NCBI GenBank assembly: GCA_947168885.1
Contig: CAMVNQ010000003.1
Coordinates: 189,140-253,139 of the forward strand
DNA from: an uncultured Clostridia bacterium
GTDB lineage: Bacteria; Bacillota; Clostridia; Oscillospirales; Ruminococcaceae
Direction of reading: 5' to 3'
Length of the DNA stretch: 64,000 nucleotides
The notes beneath the pieces were generated by a model. The model worked only from the letters and a program-made list of their open reading frames with translations. It did no database searches and was not told the origin of the DNA. Positions within the stretch are counted from its first letter, which is position 1. Every line of letters begins with the position of its first letter. Below, one piece after another: positions 57,769 to 64,000 of the stretch. A program made the position numbers and the translations under genes.

Positions 57769-58518
57769 TTAAGTGTAATCAACAACGTTTACCCACGAAG
57801 CGAGGAATTCGCGTTCTTGTTCGTTGCCCTTTACGGACTGGGAAGCCGCAACTATCGGCATCCACTTCTGAACATACTGGAGAGCGGTGTCGGTCTTGTC
57901 GCAGAAAGATTTAAGATACTGTTTGCCGATCTCCTCGTTTCCGGAAAGACAGAACGTGAGATACGTTCTCGCCGCGTCGGCAGAGGCATTGCCCTGTGTT
58001 GCGTGTGCCCAGTCGATGATGTACGGCGTGCCGTCCTTCGTGATGATAACGTTCGAGGGGTTGAAGTCGCCATGACAGAGCTTTAAATGCTTTGGCATGG
58101 ATTCAAGCGTAGTATGCAGGTCATAGCGTACGGTCGCGGGGAACTGTGAAGCGGAGATCTTCGCGTGCATCTTGTCCTTCAGGCGGCCGAGAAGCTGGCA
58201 CTTGTGCGACTGGACATCTATCTGAAGGTTCACGAAAAGCTCCATATACTCGTCGAGCTTCGACGGGTTCTCCTGCCACATCTGCATAAGCGTTTTGCCT
58301 TCTATGAAATCGGAGACTATAGTCCACTTGCCGTCTATCGTTATTACTTCGCGTACCTTCGGGATATTGAGTCCGGTAAGTTCGACGCGCGCCTGATTGA
58401 GGGCTTCGTTGAGTATGCCGTGTTTCGGGCAGCTCTCGTCGAACACCTTGAGGCAAAGGTCGCCGTCACGGTATATCGTCTTGTCTCTGCGTTTTGCTAT
58501 TACATTATCAAGCTTCAT
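57769..58518 (-). CDS. Aminoglycoside phosphotransferase / kinase-like protein
   Basis: CHGDFNPSNV and IIDW motifs; downstream of adhE. Confidence 0.85.
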   Translation of the reverse strand: MKLDNVIAKRRDKTIYRDGDLCLKVFDESCPKHGILNEALNQARVELTGLNIPKVREVITIDGKWTIVSDFIEGKTLMQMWQENPSKLDEYMELFVNLQIDVQSHKCQLLGRLKDKMHAKISASQFPATVRYDLHTTLESMPKHLKLCHGDFNPSNVIITKDGTPYIIDWAHATQGNASADAARTYLTFCLSGNEEIGKQYLKSFCDKTDTALQYVQKWMPIVAASQSVKGNEQEREFLASWVNVVDYT

Positions 58519-58532
58519 ATTCTATGCCCTCC

Positions 58533-61430
58533 TTACTGCTTTTTCGCTCTGCCGCGCTTTGCGGGAGTTTTCTCCGTTTTTGCGGAAGTCTCGGTCTTAG
58601 GCTTTCTTCCGCGCTTTGCGGGAACAGGAGCGGGTGCCGCTTTTTCGGCAGCGGGCTTTCTTCCGCGCTTTTTCGGAGCCGTATCGTTCACCGCAGCTTC
58701 GCTTACCGCCGCAGCAGCTTTCGCATATCTTCCGCCGCGCTTTACCGGAGCTTCGGCAGCAGCTTTCTTAGCCGCTGCGGACTTCTTGAGCTGACTGTCG
58801 TCAGGCATATCGGGTTCCTTGAATGAGCCGCCGTAGTACGCGTTCATATACATCTGCTTAAGCTCGCTCATGAGCGGGTATCTCGGGTTGGCACCGGTGC
58901 ACTGGTCGTCGAACGCCGCTTCGGTCATCTCGTCAAGAGTCGCGAGGAAATCCTTCTCCGAAACGCCGTAATCGGCGATTGTCTTCTTGATACCGACGCG
59001 CTCTTTAAGCTTCTCTATCGCGGAAATGAGGTTTTCAAGCTTCTCGCCGTCGGTCTTCCCGCCAAGTCCGAGATAATCCGCGATCTCCGCATATCTCGCG
59101 AGAGCGTGCGGGTGGTCATACTGAGAGAATGTACCCATTTTGACAGGCTTCTCCGATGCGTTGTATCTCATTACGTTGCAGATAACGAGAGCATTCGCGA
59201 TACCGTGAGCGATGTGATGATAAGCACCGAGCTTGTGCGCGAGGGAGTGGGAGATTCCGAGGAATGCGTTGGCAAACGCCATACCTGCCATTGTCGCCGC
59301 GTTCGCCATTTTTTCGCGGGCTTCGACATCGTTCGCACCGTTGTCATACGCGCGCGGCAGATACTCGAATATCGTCTTCAATGCTTTAAGCGCAAGTCCG
59401 TCGGTATAGTCGGTCGCCATTACCGACGCGTAAGCTTCAAGAGCGTGTGTGACTGCGTCAATTCCGGATGCCGCCGTAAGCCCCTTGGGCGCGGTCATGT
59501 GCATATCCGTATCTATTATAGCCATATCCGGAAGCAGCTCGTAATCCGCGAGCGGGTATTTGCAGCCGTCTTCCCTGTCGGTGATTACTGCGAACGGAGT
59601 GACTTCCGAGCCTGTTCCCGCGGAGGTGGGCACGGCAACGAAATAAGCCTTCTCACCCATTTTCGGGAACGTGTAAACGCGCTTTCTTATGTCGATGAAA
59701 CGCATTGCCATGTCTTTGAAATCCGCGTCGGGATGCTCGTAAAGCACCCACATTATCTTTGCCGCGTCCATAGCCGAACCGCCGCCTACCGCGATTATCA
59801 CGTCAGGCTTGAACGACATCATCTGCGCCGCGCCGGCCTTTGCGCTGTCAAGTGTCGGGTCGGGTTCGACATCAAAGAATGTCGCGTGGACTATACCCAT
59901 TTCGTCGAGTTTGTCGGTTATCGGCTTCGTAAAGCCCGCACCGTAAAGGAAGCTGTCCGTTACGATGAACGCGCGCTTCTTGCCCATTACCCTGCCAAGC
60001 TCGTCAAGCGCGACGGGCAGGCAGCCTTTCTTTATATACACCTTTTCGGGTGCTCTGAACCAAAGCATATTCTCTCTCCTTATCGCAACGGTCTTGATGT
60101 TAAGCAGATGCTTTACTCCGACATTCTCGCTGACGCTGTTGCCGCCCCACGAGCCGCAGCCGAGTGTGAGCGACGGTGCGAGTCTGAAGTTGTACAGATC
60201 TCCGATACCGCCGTGCGACGAAGGGGTGTTTACAAGGATACGTCCGGTCTTCATGCGCGACTTGAACTCGTCGAGTATCTCCGTTTCGGTGTGTTCGTTG
60301 AGGTAGATCGAGGACGTATGTCCGTAGCCGCCGTCAGCTATCAGACGCTCTGCCTTGTCGAACGCGTCATGTATATCGTTTGCCTTATACATTGCGAGAA
60401 CAGGAGAGAGCTTTTCATGAGCAAACTCTTCGCTTATATCGACGTTCGTTACTTCGCCGATGAGTATCTTTGTTCCCTCGGGAACGGAAACACCGGAAAG
60501 CTCTGCTATCTTCGCGGCTTTCTGACCGACGATCTTCGCATTCAGCGCGCCGTTGATAATAATAGTATGACGCACCTTGTCGATCTCGTCGCCTTTCAGG
60601 AAATAACAGCCGCGGCGTGCAAACTCTTCTTTCACTTCGTCGTAGATGTCGTCAAGGACGATAACGGACTGCTCGGACGCGCAGATCATACCGTTGTCGA
60701 AAGTCTTTGAGTGTATTATCGAATTGACCGCGAGCACAATATCCGCGGACTTGTCGATTATAGCGGGGGTATTGCCGGCTCCGACACCGAGAGCGGGCTT
60801 TCCGCTCGAATACGCAGCCTTGACCATTCCGGGACCGCCTGTCGCGAGTATAATGTCGGCTTCCTTCATTACAAGCGTCGTCATATCGAGACTCGGCGCG
60901 TCTATCCACGAGATGATGTTCTCCGGAGCACCCGCCTTTATCGCTGCGTCACGGACGATGCGCGCAGCTTCGATAGTGGACTTCTTAGCGCGGGGGTGGG
61001 GGCTGAAGATGATGCCGTTGCGGGTCTTTAAAGCTATGAGAGCTTTGAATATTGCTGTGGACGTCGGGTTGGTAGTAGGTATAACGGCAGCGATAACACC
61101 GATAGGCTCGGCTATTTTCTGTATGCCGTAAGCCTTGTCCTCCTCTATAACGCCGCAGGTCTTGGTGTCCTTATAGGCGTTGTAGATGTACTCGGCGGCA
61201 TAGTTGTTCTTGATAACCTTGTCCTCGACAACGCCCATGCCGGTTTCCTCCACCGCCATTTTAGCAAGCGGAAGGCGCATTTTGTTTGCCGCGGAAGCAG
61301 CGGCAAGGAAGATCTTATCGACCTGCTCCTGCGTAAACGTTGAGTACTTCTTCTGCGCCTCTTTTATCAGCCTGAGTTCGGCTTCAAGGGCGGGAACGCT
61401 GTCAACAACGGCTCTTTCCTTCTTTTCCAT
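58533..61430 (-). CDS. adhE: Bifunctional acetaldehyde-CoA/alcohol dehydrogenase with basic C-terminal extension
   Basis: PTTNPTST, DNGMICASEQ, TLGCGSWGGNS, GGGSAMDAAK, HSLAHKLG; promoter TTGTAA-17-TAGAAT at 61518-61546. Confidence 0.96.
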   Translation of the reverse strand: MEKKERAVVDSVPALEAELRLIKEAQKKYSTFTQEQVDKIFLAAASAANKMRLPLAKMAVEETGMGVVEDKVIKNNYAAEYIYNAYKDTKTCGVIEEDKAYGIQKIAEPIGVIAAVIPTTNPTSTAIFKALIALKTRNGIIFSPHPRAKKSTIEAARIVRDAAIKAGAPENIISWIDAPSLDMTTLVMKEADIILATGGPGMVKAAYSSGKPALGVGAGNTPAIIDKSADIVLAVNSIIHSKTFDNGMICASEQSVIVLDDIYDEVKEEFARRGCYFLKGDEIDKVRHTIIINGALNAKIVGQKAAKIAELSGVSVPEGTKILIGEVTNVDISEEFAHEKLSPVLAMYKANDIHDAFDKAERLIADGGYGHTSSIYLNEHTETEILDEFKSRMKTGRILVNTPSSHGGIGDLYNFRLAPSLTLGCGSWGGNSVSENVGVKHLLNIKTVAIRRENMLWFRAPEKVYIKKGCLPVALDELGRVMGKKRAFIVTDSFLYGAGFTKPITDKLDEMGIVHATFFDVEPDPTLDSAKAGAAQMMSFKPDVIIAVGGGSAMDAAKIMWVLYEHPDADFKDMAMRFIDIRKRVYTFPKMGEKAYFVAVPTSAGTGSEVTPFAVITDREDGCKYPLADYELLPDMAIIDTDMHMTAPKGLTAASGIDAVTHALEAYASVMATDYTDGLALKALKTIFEYLPRAYDNGANDVEAREKMANAATMAGMAFANAFLGISHSLAHKLGAYHHIAHGIANALVICNVMRYNASEKPVKMGTFSQYDHPHALARYAEIADYLGLGGKTDGEKLENLISAIEKLKERVGIKKTIADYGVSEKDFLATLDEMTEAAFDDQCTGANPRYPLMSELKQMYMNAYYGGSFKEPDMPDDSQLKKSAAAKKAAAEAPVKRGGRYAKAAAAVSEAAVNDTAPKKRGRKPAAEKAAPAPVPAKRGRKPKTETSAKTEKTPAKRGRAKKQ

Positions 61431-61707
61431 AGAGATACCTCCTGATTTCTGTACTGATACCGGATCAAGTTCTTATACAGACAGAACTTAATTCAGTATA
61501 AATAATACGCTATATTTATTCTACCACAAACAGGGATTTTTTACAACACCTATATTGTATATTTTTTATTTTGTCGGATCTGTATGGTGATCCGACGCTT
61601 CAAAGACCGCGTGTATTGACAAACGAAATTTCCCGTGTTAAAATACTATTACAGATCATAATTAGATCCGGCTCTGAAAGACCGGAGATCACGGAGAAAA
61701 CAGGACT

Positions 61708-62415
61708 ATGGCTGCGGAAAGAAAGAACATACACGCAAAACACAGGGAGCGCATGAGAAAGAAGTTCGCAAAGCACGGACTTGACGCATTCACCGAGCAC
61801 GAGCTCATCGAATATATGCTTTTCTACGCTATGCCGAGAGGCGACACGAACGCTCTCGCGCACAGGCTTGAAAATGAGTTCGGAGCTGTTGAGAACGTAC
61901 TTAACGCACCGAGCGACCGACTTCTGGCCATAAAAGGCATCGGAGAGAACACTATACAATATCTCAGATTTCAGCGGAGTTTATCCTCGCTGCTCTGTAC
62001 AAGGTCAAGCGCCGCCAGGTTTAACATCGGCGAAAATCCGGATATTAAGGAGTATTTCATCTCGATGTTCATGGACGCGGACAGAGAATGTATATGCGCG
62101 GCGGGACTTGACAACAGTATGAAGATCGTCTGCGGAAGAAAGATAGCGGACGGAGATCTCGTCCACGTCGCTTCTCCGGTAAGGCTTATCTACGACTTTT
62201 CGTGCGCCGTGGGATGCAGCAGGATAGTCATAGCACACAATCATCCTCATTCGGACTGTCTGCCTTCGGCATCGGACGTATATAACACCGCATATCTCGT
62301 AAAGGCGCTCGGTCTGCTCGAAATTGAGCTTACCGATCACATCATAGTCGGAGAGGGCGGTGCAGTTTCACTGCGCGGATCAATGCACGCGAAGGATATA
62401 TGGCAGGAAACATAA
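61708..62415 (+). CDS. radC: RadC (HhH + JAB domain) protein
   Basis: HRERMR, HELIEYML..PRGDTN, AHNHP..PSASD, DHIIV; promoter TTGACA-17-TAAAAT at 61616-61644. Confidence 0.9.
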   Translation: MAAERKNIHAKHRERMRKKFAKHGLDAFTEHELIEYMLFYAMPRGDTNALAHRLENEFGAVENVLNAPSDRLLAIKGIGENTIQYLRFQRSLSSLLCTRSSAARFNIGENPDIKEYFISMFMDADRECICAAGLDNSMKIVCGRKIADGDLVHVASPVRLIYDFSCAVGCSRIVIAHNHPHSDCLPSASDVYNTAYLVKALGLLEIELTDHIIVGEGGAVSLRGSMHAKDIWQET

Positions 62416-62571
62416 AGAAGCAGCGTCCCGTCACTTACCGAATCGGTTCCGTGTTGACAGGAAGAGCTTTTTATGCTATAATTCAATTACCGATACCGGT
62501 ACCGTTCCGGCAGTATTCCTGCTTTACCGACGGAGACCGGTATAAAAAACGTATGGGAGGATCTTAAAAAA

Positions 62572-64000
62572 ATGCAACTGTTCAAAAAAACTGCGGCTCT
62601 TGTTCTTGCCGCTGCGATCTCGTTCGCTTCCGTAAGCGCTGTCGCTTATGCCGATAACAGCGGGATAAGTGCTCTTGAGAAAGTCGAGCTTACATTTGAC
62701 GCTACGAAAAAGCCCTCAAAAACGACTCTTGAAGTCACCGCAACAAAATCAGGCTATAAATTCTCATGGAAAAAGGTCAGCGGAATCAAAGCTTATGAGA
62801 TATATGCGTCAAAAGACGGCGGAAAAACGTACGAGCGCATTGCGACCGCCGAATCCAACAAAACATCGAAGACCATAACCGATCTCGACATCTCGAAGGC
62901 ATATAAGTTCCGCATCCGTTCTTACAAGACCTCCGGAAGCAAGAAGGTATATAGCAAGTTCTCGAACATCGTTTCTATACGACCCGTTACCGTGGCTTCG
63001 ACGGTAGCGCTCGGAAAGGCTTCCGATGCCAACACGACCCCGAAAATGTCCAGCAAGCAGCTCAGCCTTACCAGCGTTCCGGTTTCAAAGATAAACAGCA
63101 ATCTCGCTTACGTCGTAAATTACCTCGGACAGGATCTTTACGTCATAAAGGAAAAGAACTCCGACAAAAAACAGATATATAAGGTCACAAAATCCGCTCT
63201 GCGCAGCTACAAGACTACCGGCAAGCTCAAGGCAGACAAGATAAAGCTCGACAGCTCACTTGATAATGTTGTTTGGGATGTTTATGCGTCGCAGCTTGAA
63301 AAGTGTAACTCTGCTATAATTAAGTATAAGGACAACTTGGGAAAGCTTACGTTTGCTCAACTGCTATACGATCAGAACAGCAAAACGTTAAAGACTGTGC
63401 ATACCACGAACAATCAGGCATATACTCTCACAAGCGAAGGCTATATGTTCGAAGGCTTCTCGACGAACAAAAAAGTCGGCTCGCAGGATCTCAGAGATGT
63501 CAACATAGAGATATACTCTCCTGACGGAAAACTCCACAAATCTTTCAACCATGAAGAATCCAGCGACTATTATTCAAGATGTTTCTATGATCCCGAAGAC
63601 GAAGGAATATGGTACTCTTACGCAGGAAACAGTTACAGCAGAATTCTCTGGATAGACAGAAAAAACAATGAGACCCCATATACTCACATCGGCACCCTTG
63701 GTATCTACGGAAACAGCAAATACCTCGTTTACTATCCTACCACAACAGCGGGACGCTTTGACCCGCCCCTTTCAAAGTATATACTGCTTATCAAGAGCAA
63801 TGAAAAGACCTATAATTTCTCGGACTTTGATGTTATCACGATCGGCACGGACAAGGACTACGATCTCAAGAGCTTTGTCGAGATAAAGGGCAGCATAGCC
63901 ATCGGCAGATACAGATTCGCCACATCATCTGATCTTTACGGTTCCGGATTATACAAATACTCGCTTATAAACTTAGCAAACGGAAAATTGCTTACTCCCG
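62572..64000 (+). CDS. Secreted Fn3-domain surface protein (runs off window end)
   Basis: GGAGG RBS; signal peptide ending AYA; FSWKKVSG..YEIY..YKFRIRSY Fn3; frame open to 64000; promoter TTGACA-17-TG-TATAAT at 62454-62482. Confidence 0.85.
   Translation, partial: MQLFKKTAALVLAAAISFASVSAVAYADNSGISALEKVELTFDATKKPSKTTLEVTATKSGYKFSWKKVSGIKAYEIYASKDGGKTYERIATAESNKTSKTITDLDISKAYKFRIRSYKTSGSKKVYSKFSNIVSIRPVTVASTVALGKASDANTTPKMSSKQLSLTSVPVSKINSNLAYVVNYLGQDLYVIKEKNSDKKQIYKVTKSALRSYKTTGKLKADKIKLDSSLDNVVWDVYASQLEKCNSAIIKYKDNLGKLTFAQLLYDQNSKTLKTVHTTNNQAYTLTSEGYMFEGFSTNKKVGSQDLRDVNIEIYSPDGKLHKSFNHEESSDYYSRCFYDPEDEGIWYSYAGNSYSRILWIDRKNNETPYTHIGTLGIYGNSKYLVYYPTTTAGRFDPPLSKYILLIKSNEKTYNFSDFDVITIGTDKDYDLKSFVEIKGSIAIGRYRFATSSDLYGSGLYKYSLINLANGKLLTP

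Noticed and set aside
57769-58518. APH-family gene as an antibiotic resistance determinant
   Set aside because: Only generic kinase-fold motifs; its position in the adhE operon suggests a metabolic or regulatory role
61431-61700. Rex operator upstream of adhE
   Set aside because: No convincing TTGTGAA-N4-TTCACAA match found by eye
61708-62415. radC as a mobile-element marker
   Set aside because: Full-length HhH+JAB chromosomal type with its own promoter and no mobile genes around it

Overview
64 kb of a Bacillota chromosome (about 50% GC by eye, sigma-A-type TTGACA-17-TATAAT promoters). Gene content (iorAB/paaK, adhE, Fn3 surface proteins, tepA-ylzJ-uppP-ftsK synteny) suggests a Ruminococcus/Oscillospiraceae-like gut or rumen anaerobe (inference). 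About 55 genes mix housekeeping (rmuC, plsY, metA, uppP, ftsK, ygiQ, adhE, radC) with accessory signalling and envelope functions: three degenerate-GGDEF/EAL phosphodiesterases, one diguanylate cyclase, an MCP, CheY plus MshEN-CheX, two orphan histidine kinases, and two ABC exporter loci. I found no rRNA, tRNA, CRISPR array, transposase or prophage. The best candidates for new biology are: (1) an ExbB/ExbD-like ion motor in a monoderm, with what looks like a second ExbD-like subunit, next to a CheY/MshEN-CheX pair; (2) AdhE with an AT-hook/histone-like tail; (3) a secreted tandem cystatin; (4) a 240-nt highly structured leader before an orphan kinase; (5) several small DNA elements (101-bp tandem array, MITE pair, GGGT-hairpin modules). 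All calls come from reading motifs by eye; no searches were run.
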